Assembly (NCBI GenBank): GCA_036172245.1
Contig: JAYWIR010000053.1
Span: forward strand, 620,001-684,000
Reading direction: 5' to 3'
Source of the DNA: Raillietiella orientalis
Lineage: Eukaryota
DNA length: 64,000 nucleotides
Each line of letters begins with the position of its first letter. Within the stretch, counting starts at the first letter, position 1. Shown here piece after piece: positions 1 to 12,619 of this stretch. The position numbers and the translations under genes were made by a program. The notes beneath the pieces were generated by a model. The model searched no databases, had not been told where the DNA came from, and was given only the letters and a program-made list of their open reading frames with translations.

Positions 1-1620
1 GGCTGCTACTGACTCCCTTCGTTCTTCCTGAAATCGACTTCACCATCCTCCCTCCTTTTCCCGCCGGTGTGCCTTCGATCCGGACGAGGCACGCTGCTAT
101 GGAGGCAGGAGACAGGAAACCGCCGGTTTCGAAAGGCCGGGCACCCCTCCAGCTACGACCGGCCTCACGGGACCGAAGGAGGAGGTGCGACTTCCCTCCC
201 ATTCCACGGATTTCGAAGCTGTGCCACAAATCATGCAAAAACGGTAGTGGTGGAGATGGAACGACTTCCGTTTCCGCTGGTTGTGTCTGTGGGTTCACCC
301 GACTATGGTCGCCCTTCCACCAGGGCACAGCCCTCTTCACTTGATGGCGGTACGGAGGCTAAGACGCGGGTCGCCCGCTGAGGAGGTTCAGAATCACATA
401 CCGTTCTGGGCGAAGGCTGCTTCGTCTCCGGGAGATGGCGAAGAAAAAAAAAACGAGGAGTGATGCTCCCCCTTTCCGGGCTAGAAACAGTGATGGGTTC
501 GCCATCTTTTCCGATTCGACCGATCTGGAATCGACCCTGGTCCCCATGAGTCCTTCGGCCTCCGGAAGCCAGCCAGCGTGAAGGAGGCGGACCACCATTC
601 CAACGCTGCCACCATCTTGAATGCTGCAGCTCTTCGGTTCGTTTTGTGCTCTGGGAAGAATGCAGACGCGGGAGAGTAGATTCCTCCGCAGTCGTTTCGA
701 GAACATACGGGCGAATGTTTCCCGCCCTCCTCTTCTCTCAAACAACCGAAAGTATGGAAGACTTGGGGAGAGAGGGGGAAAAGTCTGCCTCTTTATCACC
801 TCTGTTGGCTTTCTCTCCTGAGACAACACTTCTGGGATAAGCAAAAATTATCAGGACCTTCGGGATTACGGGGAACCGTCAGAACAATCAACGACTGACG
901 GCGATCCTGCAAGCGAGCAGCTCTTTGAAAGGATTTCATTGGGTGCTGACCCTCGATACCTCCCTAGGTCCATTTTAACAGGAAGGAGCATCCAAGGAGT
1001 GGCATCAAACAAGCCAAATGACGATTTTGAGATGATTCTCTCGAGTCGACCATAGCAACAGCGCCAGGGGAAGGAATACAAAGTATAACTCCACCTCTGC
1101 AGGAACTGACCTTCCTGGAAGGAGGCCGCCAGGCAGCTCTTTCTGGCATTTCTGAGGTATACTTTCGAATTGCCTTAGCAGATACGCAGATGGACAAAAG
1201 TTCTCGAAATGGAGCACTTGCAAAACCGACCCAAAAGTGAAGAAATCTCTTATCAGAAAGAACGGGTATCGGCGAGTCGGGAAGGACGGAGATTGTCAAT
1301 GCACTTGGCTTGCCTCTTTCCTCGAATACTCACAATGCCGTGAAACTGGGAACTGGTGGATGTTTCACGGCTGGGACATGTGCTCTTTACCGTTGATGGA
1401 AGGATGGAACGGAGGGGAGGGGAGGATAGGCAGAGCTATGAACTGATATCGATATCACTGGTGATTACAATTCGCTATTTATTGCATCGGGTACACAAAA
1501 AAGCGATCATGGTCAAATGAAACAAGTAACAAACCCCGAAATACAATTAACAAAATTCGTTTAGTGTCGGCTCGGGTATTGGCAAACAGCCAGCCGTGAC
1601 AGCACCATTGTTGGCAGTCA

Positions 1621-2078
1621 TCTATATATAGCGCTGTACCTGAGATATTTATAAGCCACCAATCGCGATCGCGCAGCATTGTTGGCAAATACTCGTCGGG
1701 TATCCCGGAAAAAGGCAAACGGAAGTGCACTTGCGAACGGAAGCGCGCGTGTCGCGGACGCACTCAGGGAAGCTTGGCTATCACGCGCGCTCCAGTCGTC
1801 TGTCGTCAGTCTCCATCGTGCCAGGTGGCGCGGGTCGGCACCCCTCGGTGCGACCCGCCTGCCGCTGCCAGCGCGCCGTGGGGGGGCGACGACTTCCTCG
1901 TCGATTACCATGGCGGAAGCCCTTCCGAGGTCGGCGGGTCTGTGCCGATGTCGAGAAGAGAGCGGATAGTGCGGTCGGCTGTCCGAACAGGAGTGGAATC
2001 AGCAGCAAACTTAATAAACTAGTAGTAACTCATGCCCTCGAAGAGCTTTAGGTCTTCGAGGGCATGAGCTACTACTGG
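1621..2078. mobile_element. Helitron-like element / terminus (orientation ambiguous)
   Basis: A|TCTATATATA at 1620/1621 resembles a Helitron 5' end. Perfect 16-bp hairpin CTCATGCCCTCGAAGA-8nt-TCTTCGAGGGCATGAG (2029-2068), followed on + by CTGG (CTRR, 2075-2078) and on - by CTAG|T (2022-2019). Confidence 0.45.
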
Positions 2079-2461
2079 CTGGATGGCAGAAATCTCCGCA
2101 ACAGTAGGCTGCTAATGGCGCCGACATACCTGCTTGTACTCGATTGACCGAGGCTCTCGCAAGAGACGGGGGGTAGTCCTACCCGGATTCCCATAGGGCG
2201 CTCCAGACCAATGCGTAGGCGACTAGTGGTGCAGACTGGTCGCTTGGTCACATGCCGCGCAGAAGACTTGGCATCTTTCTTGAGCATGCAAGGGAAACTC
2301 AGTATCCTTGTGAATTTCCTGGCTGATTTCCTTGTGAAACCACTGCTGTGCACGCTTGGCATCGTCCAACGACTGACCCAGAGGGACAGTTTTGAAGATA
2401 AGAATCTCGCGCTTCTGAATTCTGCTGAAAATATACAAAGCTGAAGAACGGTCCCCGGGAT

Positions 2462-3270
2462 CTGCATGCATGTGTATTATACGCATGTTCAGATGCGCAC
2501 AAGTGAATACTTATGGTCATGTACGTACAAATACAACGCTTATGAGTCATACTATAACCTCAATTGTTTGTACAAGTGACCAAACACGCGATACATACAA
2601 GGATAGGTGTGCGCCCACAAATGAACGTGTACACAAAATGGATTCGTGAATGCATAATCAACCTGTACATTCGCACGCGTAGGTCTAGGCACGTGAACAC
2701 ACATGCTAGCAAAGATATTTGCCGTGAGCATACATTTACACAGACATACGGCATGTAAATGCATAAAGGTGAGTCCATCTGTACATACACACATATAAGT
2801 GCGATAGATATCTATGCATGTGCACATACGCACACGCCAAGCACAGATTTATACACATACGTATGTGTCGATCTACACTCACGTACATAAACATATATCT
2901 ATGCATACATATACGTGCATAAATGAAAACATATGTGTATCTACATATGCAACTACACATCGTGCACCATTTGCGTATGAAGCATAATGTATGCGACACA
3001 GCTTGTGTAGACGCATATACATGCATGATGACTTAATGGATGTGCAAAAGCCTGATGCACACTTGGATTTTATACGCATACACAGGCGGATGCACAATAC
3101 GTGCGTGTTGCCTACATTGATGTGCATGCAAAGATCTGCGAATGAGTATAGGAGAACATAGACGAACAGGGAGAGAGAGCTACGTATGCGTGCGTACACG
3201 TACACACGTACACGCGTGCACTCGAGTGTGAGCTCACTACGAGTGTAAGCACACGCATTTGTGTGTATTC
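2462..3270. repeat. Degenerate (CA/TA/TG/CG)n alternating purine-pyrimidine low-complexity tract
   Basis: About 800 bp of catacatacac/atatgcatac-type sequence; its ORFs are C/M/Y/H/V/I-rich artefacts. Confidence 0.9.
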
Positions 3271-3984
3271 ACTTAGGTGCCACGGGCGGATGCTTCGCCT
3301 TTTTGGACGTCTGCCCAGCCCTGCCGACGGATTGATCATTCGAAGTAAATCGGGCGCGATGCCATGCTCACTTGATAATCGCTAGCAGCGCCATCTCCTG
3401 AGGGTGCTGCGAAGCACGAGCGAAGATCCCGTTCCCTCGCTTGCCTCCGTCACATCATCCTTCTAGCGCGAGGGAGAAGGAAAAGAAAAGGTGACGTTCC
3501 GTCCTCCAGCGATCCTCTTCAGTATCGCTGTCCGCAGATATTGGTTGAGCATCCCAGTCTGGAATAAGAGAGGAAGGGGGCTCGAGGACAAAAAAAGGCA
3601 AGGAAGAGGTGGAAGAAGCGGACTGCAGGGAGAGGAAGGCGAGTGCCAAGGAGGAGAGGGAAGATGCTTCAAACAGCAGTGAAAATTGAAGCTCTCACTG
3701 AGATCTGAAGCCCTCTGGGATTCCATCTTCCTGCGTCCTTGCTGAGCTCAAGAGGTGGAGTCTGAGATATTTTCGGAAGAGACGGACTGCACCCACGCGA
3801 TAGACCCGGGAACTCTGGAGCAATACCTTGAGGACGCATCCGTGACTAAGAGTGGTGTCTCCGAGGGACGCCCGCGGGCGCGTCTCGGTCCGCCGACTGA
3901 CCTGCTTCCGCGGGCACAGAGCCACCGTGCGTATGGCATCGACGTAGTCCGACTCTGATGCTTCCCGGAGGCGACAATCGAGCG

Positions 3985-4487
3985 GGGATTCTACGACTCC
4001 CGGCTTCCCGGCCATCCACGCCAGCAGCGCGCGAGACTAGCGCCTCCCTCCCGGACCATCTGCACGCAGCGGGGAGCTAACCTCTCCTGATTTCCGGAGC
4101 GAGCGAGCGAGGTCGCCGCCGCCCGCGTAGTGCAAGGACCGACGGCCGGAAGGGCTGCAACCTCGTGCCGCCTTTCTTCACTTTTGTGTGTTTATCGTCC
4201 CATTCCCATACGTGACCTCTGACCTCTCCCTCCCCCTCTTTCCCCAGAGATTCCGGTAGAGGCTCAGCTGGCATTCTGGTAGCGGATTTGGCAGGGACTC
4301 TTGCAGGGACTTAGACGCCAACTTGCTAGTCTTATTAGGAACTCTGGTAGCGTATTCAGTCTCAATTGGCATTCTGGTAGCAACTGGGTAGGGACTCTTG
4401 CGAGCCTTCTGGTGGCGACTGGGTAGGGAACTCAGTTCCCTCTGTGTACGTTTCCCTGTGCCTGGGGCAAATGGACAACCCAGGGCG
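3985..4487 (+). repeat. Interspersed repeat, copy 1 of inverted pair (partner 63407-63996)
   Basis: 3985-4312 aligns to the reverse complement of 63670-63996 with about 15 differences in ~328 nt; weaker similarity continues to ~4487 through degenerate ~12-bp repeats (CTGGTAG/GGGACTCTTG). Confidence 0.9.
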
Positions 4488-5969
4488 GGTCCTGAGTAGC
4501 CGTTGGCAATCGAGACCTGCCGGCCTATCTCCGAGCCCCTCTGCGAATGTTCCCCCCAATGTGCAGACGTTCTACCGGGAGCCTCTTTTATGAAGCGCCT
4601 CTTTTACGAACGGACTACCCCGGGGCAATCGTGAATTCCCTGTCGCGGCTCCCCAAGAGCTGGAGGTGGGCGGAGGTAGCGGCATCGGAAGGACGGTGGC
4701 AGTCCGACAGGGACGAACAAACGGGCGAAAGGGGCCACTCGCTCCGCGGAGCCGCCAGGGGGGCGGCGCTATCCCGCCGGTCCGAACTCTCGGGGCACCG
4801 CTGTCTGCTCGCCAGATGTCGCCACGCGCGTCCATAAGGCGGCAAAGGTTTCTCGCGGCTGCATCTGCCTCTCCGGAACTCACCGGTCCTTTCCCGGTGC
4901 CCCTGAGCCGAGAAGGGCGAGGGACAGACCTGGGAGGATCTGCTGCTCCGACGACGACGGCACCTCGCCTCGGGGTGGCAGCGGCGCGCCTGCCGACCCG
5001 CCTCCGGGCGGAGGAAGTCGCTCAACCTCCTCCGCACTTGCTCCCTTCCAGGGAGGCTCCCTGCTCACTCCTCAATCCTCGGGAGGCTCCCGCCACGAGG
5101 GAGCTGGCCCCGGAAGGAGTGTGGAAGCTGAGCGCTCGGGAGACGCAGCCCGTATCTCAGCAGGACCGCCCGCTAGGAATCATCACCATGAGGGGCTCCG
5201 GGGACCACTGGCAGCCCCTCCCCTTTGATCTTAGCCAAAAGGCCCCAGAGAGCGCAAATCGAGCACGCGCACGCGCGCCTTCCCTCCGAGCAAGCGGGAG
5301 GTTTCGAATCCGCTCCAGCCGAGGTCCCGCGAGGCGAAAGTCGGCGGACCACCGCCGCTCTTCTCTGGGGCTGCTGGAGGAGGGGTGGCAGCGGTCTGGG
5401 GCAGAAGTCTCTGAAGAGTTGCTTGCTGGAGACCACTCAGAGACTCCGCCACGCGCCAGCAGACCGGGACGACCCGTCCTCCTCTTCCGACGACCTCATG
5501 CCGAAAGGACGGGTGGGTGTCGGTCGCAAGACGACACCCGGAGCGGAGTAGACTCCGCGGACGGGGATCCCCTTCCCTTGCATCTGGGGCAACCCAGAGA
5601 AATCTATCCCGCCGATGGTCTCACTGCCGGTGGCTTCCTTCCCCCGGAAACGTGCTAGCCCTACGAACTTGCCCGTGAGAACGCAAAAGCGCGCAATAGG
5701 AGGCGCCCTTTCTGTAAGATGCATCAAGGACAGTTCCCTCGGCAACCGGCAGCCCCTTCCCTGAGCCGGACAGCGGGAAGGAGAGGAAGCAGCGGGTGTG
5801 CTTAGAAAGACGTCCTAGCCACTTCCTGGATCCAGAAGCCTCCGGGAATCCCCAGGTAGGTCACACCACACGCCGCCGCCTTCTGACAGCACAGCTTGCC
5901 GAATATGGGGAGAAAAAGAAGCACCCATTTGCCACCGTCTGAAAGGCACCCACTTCATGGTCCATGATC

Positions 5970-6034
5970 CACCTATGCCGCTGCCTAGGAAGCACCTATG
6001 CTATCCTCTAGGAAGCAACTATGCCATGCTCTAT
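5970..6034. repeat. 23-bp tandem repeat, ~3 copies
   Basis: CACCTATGCCGCTGCCTAGGAAG / CACCTATGCTATCCTCTAGGAAG / CAACTATGCCATGCTCTAT. Confidence 0.75.
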
Positions 6035-6920
6035 ATACCGTTTATATAATCGAAATATTAAACCACGAATGATGTCTTCTAAAATCCATTTATGCCCTCA
6101 TGTATAAACCATACATCTTATGTATGTATAAACTATATTATCACTGATCCACATACTGTCACCTTTCTAGAATTCTGGGGGTTTCTTTTGAGGAAAGCAT
6201 CTGTAGACGTATGGGTTAACACTTCTGGCCTGAAGGGAAGAGCTGCAGGCGAATGCTGTCCTTTTTGGGTGGGCACAGGAGCGTCGGGTGGGACCCACAA
6301 GAGCCGCCGCACATGCCTTTTGCCTTCCTTGAGGGCCGCCAGCATATCTGTAGGGCATGCCGCATTACTAAATGGGCTGACTCTCCTTCGGCGGAACCTT
6401 CGAAGCGGTCGTTTCTGCAGATCTGTCTGAGGACATGGAGAGGATGCTGATCTCTCTGGAGGATCCAAGGTCTCTTGCAGGTGTGTCTTTGGAAGCATTC
6501 AAGGAGCCTGCCTGCCCCAGAGAGGCTTGAGAAACGTTCACGCGATGCGTATCAGGAAGAAATTTAGATGCCAGTGAGGTGACTCGATTTTCCATGAATT
6601 ATTTCTGGTCCATTTGTCACGGAAGGAATCGAAAAAATGAGGCTGCATTTTTGCTTTTTTCCTCCGGTAGGAAATGAGCCAACGCCTTCTTTGATGCCAT
6701 CACATGCGAGTTGTGGCTGATGTTCCTCGTGGAGAAAGTCCGGTCCGTAATTTACCACGCAGCGTCAGCACTCCTTTCGCTCTCTTCAATGCGGTATTGA
6801 ACTTTTTTGTCTCCCTGCTCTTTTTTTGTCTTCAGCGAATTGCGAAACTTGCCGGCAGATGCCGCTGCCAACCATGCACGTTCCCATCGAGGCGAAGCGA
6901 GTGGTACAGTTTCTTACTTT

Positions 6921-7240
6921 TGAATTCGGTCACGACGGGGTCGTTTATTTTTCAAGAATAAACATACAAGGTGCACATTGAATCTAAGGGGATACACAGG
7001 TTTTCATCCGGGTGCGCCGGGACGTTCGCTCTGTTTGCAAAAAGACGGACGTCCATCTCTGGGGTGGTAGCGGGTAGCGACCGAGGCTCCCACCACGGCC
7101 ACAGCACAGGAGGTGCGCGGAGGTGGCGGTGCGCGCAGACCGGCGAAGGTCGCCTCTGCGGCAGCAGGGCAGAGGAAAATGAGCAAAAAGAAAAAGAAAA
7201 ACCATAAAAAGTCCCTTTAGCGCTGAAGTACTTTCCGGAG
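6921..7240 (-). mobile_element. Two stacked L1/Tx1-like 3' termini / 3' UTR
   Basis: Terminal motif at 6921-6949 (AATAAACGACCCCGTCGTGACCGAATTCA) and 7001-7026 (GAACGTCCCGGCGCACCCGGATGAAAA), plus the 3'UTR motif GACCTTCGCCGGTCTGCG and a T-rich tract. Confidence 0.7.
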
Positions 7241-7244
7241 GGGC

Positions 7245-7560
7245 ATTTGGAGTGCAACGCCTACCGGCTGGCCTGTGGTCGCGATCTCAGGCATCTTCCG
7301 CCTGTGAGGGAAGGCCGGAAGGAGGAGCGAAGAAGGGAAGGAGGCCGCGCCAGGGACACCTTGCATTTGGCCCTAGGTGTTTTTGCGGAGGGCAACAAGT
7401 TGGCGCCACCTGATGAATATGCAGGAAGATCTTGCCGGCATCCTCGAGAGGATGCAGGGACCACCCCCAGCAGTTTGCGACTCCTTTCCGCCCCCCCCTC
7501 CGAGTGATTTTCTTCTCCTTTTTATTTTTTGTTTCTTTCGTTTGCCCACAGTGTCCGAGG
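7245..7560 (+). mobile_element. L1/Tx1-like ORF2 C-terminus and 3' UTR fragment
   Basis: Encodes ...DLAGILERMQ, matching the C-terminus DLEGILERM of ORF 50256-50849; followed by a T-rich UTR. Confidence 0.7.
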
Positions 7561-8369
7561 CCATCGTCGCCGACCTGCGCACCTCCTTCTAGGTAGATCT
7601 CCCACTCTTTCGCTGTACCCCAGTCCGAATCGCGGAGGGAGGAATTCATGGAATGCCTTTTGGGAACGCAGACAACCCGTTTCGCAGACGCTTTGGGGGT
7701 GTTCGAGTGTTCCCGCACACAACACTTCAAGACATCGTTCACTCTGGAGATTCCTTCCCTTCTGTGGAAGGGGATCACCGGGATGCGGTGGGCAGTCCAT
7801 TCACTGGGGAGGCATCCGCCATCTTCTTCAATATGCAGCGGTAATGTCCATGCGGGTGCCGTGCCACAGTTCCTGACCCCCCGTTCTCCTCTTCGGCGCG
7901 CTCCTCGAAGGATGCTGGTCGCAGGCACTCGTGCGTGGGTGTTCCGCAACTTTGCGCTTCTTGTCGCGGTGCTCGCGATGAAAGGGGCGGTGTCGGTAGC
8001 GCGGACCACGGGATCGCATCGGGGAACATCGGTTCCTGCCTAGATCTCCACCTTGATCTTCGCCTGCGGGTCGATCACCGCTTGCGGCGGCGTCCAATCC
8101 TGGCGCAGCGCCGGGGGGGTGAAAACGTGGGTCCGGGTTTCCCTGTCTCCACGGCCCTTGCAGAGTTCCTCTGCCCCGTGTTTCATCAGGGAGCCTTCGT
8201 GGACTGCCGAGTCAGGAGGTCATCCTGAGCATGCGGTGCTAGGTCGCTCCTCCGCGTCGTTGCCGGGCCAATCCGCCAGCAGGTTCACGTTGCAGATGTC
8301 GTAGCGGCTGGCGGACTTGTCCGGTGAGTCGTCTTCGTCGGTGCCATCCTTCATTTCGTCGAGGATGTT

Positions 8370-9165
8370 AACTCTGGCACCACGGATCGATTGCCGGATG
8401 CTCCCAGAGCTCGAAGGTCCTGCAGCTGGATCTTCCGATCACTTTCGCGATATAGAAGCACAGCCGCATTCTGTGGCAGCTGTCAATCGCCGAGATCTGT
8501 TGGCGGTCGCGAATAATCATTGCTGGCCTCTGGATCATCCGCTTCCGGGTTTCCCGAGGGACCCTTACGAAACAAAGGATTGCCATAGCCAGTTCCTTCT
8601 GCCTCACTTTGCTTTGTGGCACCATCTTGAATTGGTGAGTCATCACCAGTTGCCTGTTTCCCCTTCCACGTGGGGTCGATGTTTCCCCAGTCTCCGTGCT
8701 TGCCTATTAAGGTCGATCTTAGCTCTCTCAGCTTTTGACCAGCTTCGAGTGGGCTCTGCGCGCCGCATGAGACCGCTGGTTCCAGTCGTTGGTGAGACCC
8801 AGGAGTCATCGCGCGTCCACGTTGAGTACGGGTTGCTGCAGCAACTTCATTTAGAGCCCACCTCCCTCTCGTTGGCGGGTGAAAACTTTCAGCCTGACCC
8901 TCAGGTTCTGCTCTCTCCATAGGATCTTCCGCTGGAGCTGTTCCACTTCCTCCCTCGTCCACTTCGGCAGAAGCGGCTCCGAAGATTACCTCGGGAAGAG
9001 GAGCGCTGTTCCACGAGTCCGCCCTCTACTTCACGTTGAAATCCACTCGGACGTACTTGGTGGCTTCCTTTCTGACCTTTCTCTGGGATTTTGTTCCACT
9101 GGACCTGCGTAGCGAGTGCACCCCCGATGTGAATCCCTAGGTACTGGACGTCGTCCACCATCGGA
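8370..9165 (-). mobile_element. Non-LTR ORF2 fragment (RT C-terminal/thumb region), divergent subfamily
   Basis: Frameshifted VQYLGIHIGG...QWNKI...RADSWNSALLP...RVRLKVFTRQREGGGL, i.e. the YLG and GGL motifs of L1/Tx1 ORF2. Confidence 0.7.
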
Positions 9166-9499
9166 ATCTACTCTCCTTCAACGCGGAAGGGTTCGTGGTC
9201 GTGGTATGTTCATGATCGTGGACATGGTTGTGGTCCTTGCAGTGGTAATGTTTTTGTTCGTGGTTGTGGTAGTGTTCATGGGCTGCTGTGGTAGTCCGAT
9301 GGGAGTCAGGTGCGACTTACTAGCGTTGGTCTTCAAGTCCATTCCTCTTTCCATGGACTCGACTACACCGAGAAACGCATGCTCATTATCCGGACGATGT
9401 AGGGCCGAAGGGCCTACTACCTTTGCATGTTTTTTTTTTTTTTTGCAGAAAATAAATGCCCGGGGTGGAAAAGAAAACTCGCTCCGCGGGTTAGCAACT

Positions 9500-11121
9500 C
9501 GAAGAAGGCCTCGAGCGCTGATGCAGGACTATCACCCTGCGGAGACGTGGTCCAGCTGCCTCCAGAAAGCAGAGTTGGCGATCATTCCGTTCCAAGGAAG
9601 CAGGTTTTACCTGCCTGAACGGGCCGCGGTGTAGAACACGTTTGTGGCCCCTCTCCTCCGTCCCCTGCTATTTTGTTTGCTCCCCGAATCAGAGAAGTAG
9701 GAGAAGGACCTCTGAGGATCGCCCTTTGGAGCAAAGGGAGGTCCCAAGTCCGGTTAAAAGACTTGTGCGCTCCGCAGTCTCGAGACGGCGGCCTCGGCCT
9801 CCTGACGCTAGAGCGGCTGGAGCTTCAGCTCCAGTTCAGGATTCTTGCCTTGCGGCGGAGCTATGGAGCACCAACTGGTGCGCCCCTGCACGCCTCCTCG
9901 TCCAGCAAGCCACCGGCAACACGGGACCTGCGTCATCATTGCACTCCGTCGCCTCCACATCACCCACTGCGGATTGCAGCTTCGAAGGGTGGCCAACGTG
10001 ACGGGGAAGAACTCGAGGTGGATCTCCTGCCGCCCTGCGAACGGTAGCTCCTGGCTAAAGGAAACTGTTCGAGCGTGGACGAGGAGCCAGAAGCAAAGCA
10101 CGGAACAGGTGCGCCGTTTCCTGTTCGTGCGCAGCAACCGTTGCACGCTCCGAGAGATCCTTGAGTGTCCCGGAAAAAGAGCGTGGGCAGGATGAACTTC
10201 CCTCGCGGCAGCGCTGCTCTCCCTCAGGGAACACCTGGGTATTGCGGCGAAATGAGAAGTTAAAGTCAACATCCTTCAAAGGGAAAAAAGTCTGGACGAT
10301 TGGAAGACGGGCCAACTCACCGACGCTGCGACCCCGAATACACCGCTTCACGGATTCTTATTCTGGGGCGAGCTGCTGGATGTTCCGATGGAACATCTGC
10401 AGTGGCTTCCGGTACTTATGGACACGTGCACTCTCCCCATGAAGTGGCAACAGTCGACGTTGTTGTGCTGCATGGGGGTCTCCCATGCAACGCCCGCCGT
10501 CACCACTGGACGCGGGGGGGTATCGATCCCTATTGTGTTAGGTTTGGGAAGCGAGAATCCCTCCTCCACCTGTTAGTGGACTGTGTTGCCCTGCGGCCTC
10601 TGGGAACGCTTTTTTGCGGCCCTGGGAACCATGCAGGCAACTCCAGGGACGCTTTAAAACTCTCCTCTTTGTTCTCAACGTCCTTCGGTCAGCGGTCTCC
10701 CTTGCAGCCTTGTGATGCCTACGCAGCATCGTCGCTGCATGGAGCAACGCAACGGGAGGACCCAGCGATAGGGATGCCAGCGAATACGCCATCCGCTTCT
10801 GAGGATGATGACGCGATAGCCCCACCTGGATGTAAACATGCAGTTAGACCTTGCCGAAATCCTGAAGAGGATGAACCGGACTGCCACAAGCAGGCAGTGA
10901 TCCCTTCCCAAACCCACAAAACTGTATTTATTTTGATTTTTTGTTTTCTTTTATTTTCCTTTTTTCCTCTCTCCTCTGCTGCTGTGGTGGACCGCGCCGG
11001 TCTGCGTACCGGCGACCCGGGAGGTCTCCTTGAAATTGGGCGTGGTTGGACCATTGGTTTAATCACAGTTCTCTATGTAATAAGTTTATGAAAATAAATG
11101 CTCCGGCGCACAGGGTGGAAA
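9500..11121 (+). mobile_element. 5'-truncated L1/Tx1-like element (RT thumb to 3' end)
   Basis: RFYLPERAAV, LKDLCAPQSRDGGLGLLTLERLELQ, GGLPCNARRHHWT...C...ESLLHLLVDC (zf-RVT-like); terminus AATAAATGCTCCGGCGCACAGGGTGGAAA at 11093-11121. Confidence 0.9.
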
Positions 11122-11381
11122 TCGAGCGCAGATGCCGAGGCGGCAGCAGGTCTTCGGCGCGCGTGCCCGGGCACGCACGCGCGGAGGCAGGGAAGCCAAG
11201 GCGTCCTTCAGCGCCACCCCGAAACAGGTGCCTAAGAGCAGTGCTTTAGGGCTACGGCCCCGCTTTGCTCCTCGCCTCACTGGCATGCCCCACGCATGCT
11301 TCCTGTGAGCTCCAGAGGAGTTGGTGGGGACTTCTCGGCTACGCGGCCGCTGCATCGGGCCGTCCCGTGCAGTGCGCGCTT

Positions 11382-12089
11382 CTACTGCCGGATGGAAGCG
11401 GCGGCAGAAGGACAGCTTTCCAGCACCTGCTCTTCGAGTGCGATGCCCTCCAGAGTGATCTCGCTAGTGGTAGTGTTCGTGTCCGTGGTCGTGGACGTCG
11501 TTATGATTGTTTCTGTGGGCGTGGCTGTGGCAGTGTTCGTGGAAGAAGTCTGAGTAGGAGTTGTATTAGTGGTCATGGCTGCTGTATTGATGATGGCACT
11601 GTTCTTGTTCGCGGTTGTGGTAGTGTCCATGATCGTGGACGTGGTTGTGCCCGTGGTCGTGGTAGCAGTCCTTGTATTGTTCGTGGCTGTGTCCCTTGCC
11701 CCGCCAAGAGAGAAAACGAAAGAAGCGCTCTGAGGCGCCTCTTGGTTCGCAGCGAAATATTGCCCGAGGTCGTCAATCGCAGCTTCGTGCTGCGCGCTCG
11801 GGGTCGCGGCGGCGGCAGGAAAGCCGAGTTGACGACGGAGGCCAGACGAACGGAGACTCCGTCCCCCGCTGGCGGGGACTCCATCCTCCGACCTTTTCGA
11901 GGATGACCACGAGATCGCCACACCTCTCGGCACGCATCTTACGAAGGTTGTGGGGGACCCCAGGCAGGTCTCGACAATCTCTTCCCTTGTCCTCCGACCT
12001 TTTGAAACTTTTTCTGTACGTTTCCCCGCGGCAAGCCGCTCGCGAGCAGCGCCGCCTGCAGACCTGTGAGAACGTGCTGACTCCACCAC
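11382..12089 (-). other. ORF with Thr-rich low-complexity tract, probably TE-derived
   Basis: 235-aa ORF with ~80 aa of T-rich (ACN) repeat; a related DNA tract lies at 9190-9300. No recognisable domain. Confidence 0.3.
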
Positions 12090-12619
12090 GAAAGACAGGC
12101 TTTGTAGGCCTGCTATTTTGAGGCGAAAAGCCGAAATTTCCTTCGCCAGAAACTCCCCGGTCCGACCGTGTCAAAAGGCGTACACTGCCCTCGGAAAGAG
12201 ACGTCGGTCAGATGGGGTCATGCCGGGGCAGAAAGGATGGAGACTGCCACTACGCTCCAAGATCGTTGCTTCGCTCCGTCTCCTTCCCGAGACATGACAT
12301 TCCTGGGGGTTTCTTGCTCACCACCGGTTTCCAAGGCGACGTTTTTGACCGCATCCGGACGGCTTCTCGGCTTCGACGTTTGGCCCCGCGCTTCATCGTC
12401 CGAAACATCCGCTCTGCCCTCCGCAGCCACGCGGTTTCCATGGCTGCAGGATATTTCCAGACCGTAGGAGCCGCGGAAAACTCCTCACTCCTCGGATGGT
12501 TGAGTTCGCCTTCCAGATCGATCGGTCCTAAGGAGAGCCAGTGGACATGCTGGAGGAAACGTCCGCTTCCTTGCGCTCGTGAGGCTGGGAGGGACAGAGG
12601 ACGCCTGCACTTCTGTTCC

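Noticed and set aside
4260..4440. CRISPR-like repeat array
   Set aside because: Degenerate ~12-bp tandem units without unique spacers; eukaryotic context and no cas genes.
4666..5658. 330-aa ORF as a gene
   Set aside because: Very GC-rich, R/P/A/G-biased, overlapping ORFs in several frames and no domain; likely chance or TE-internal.
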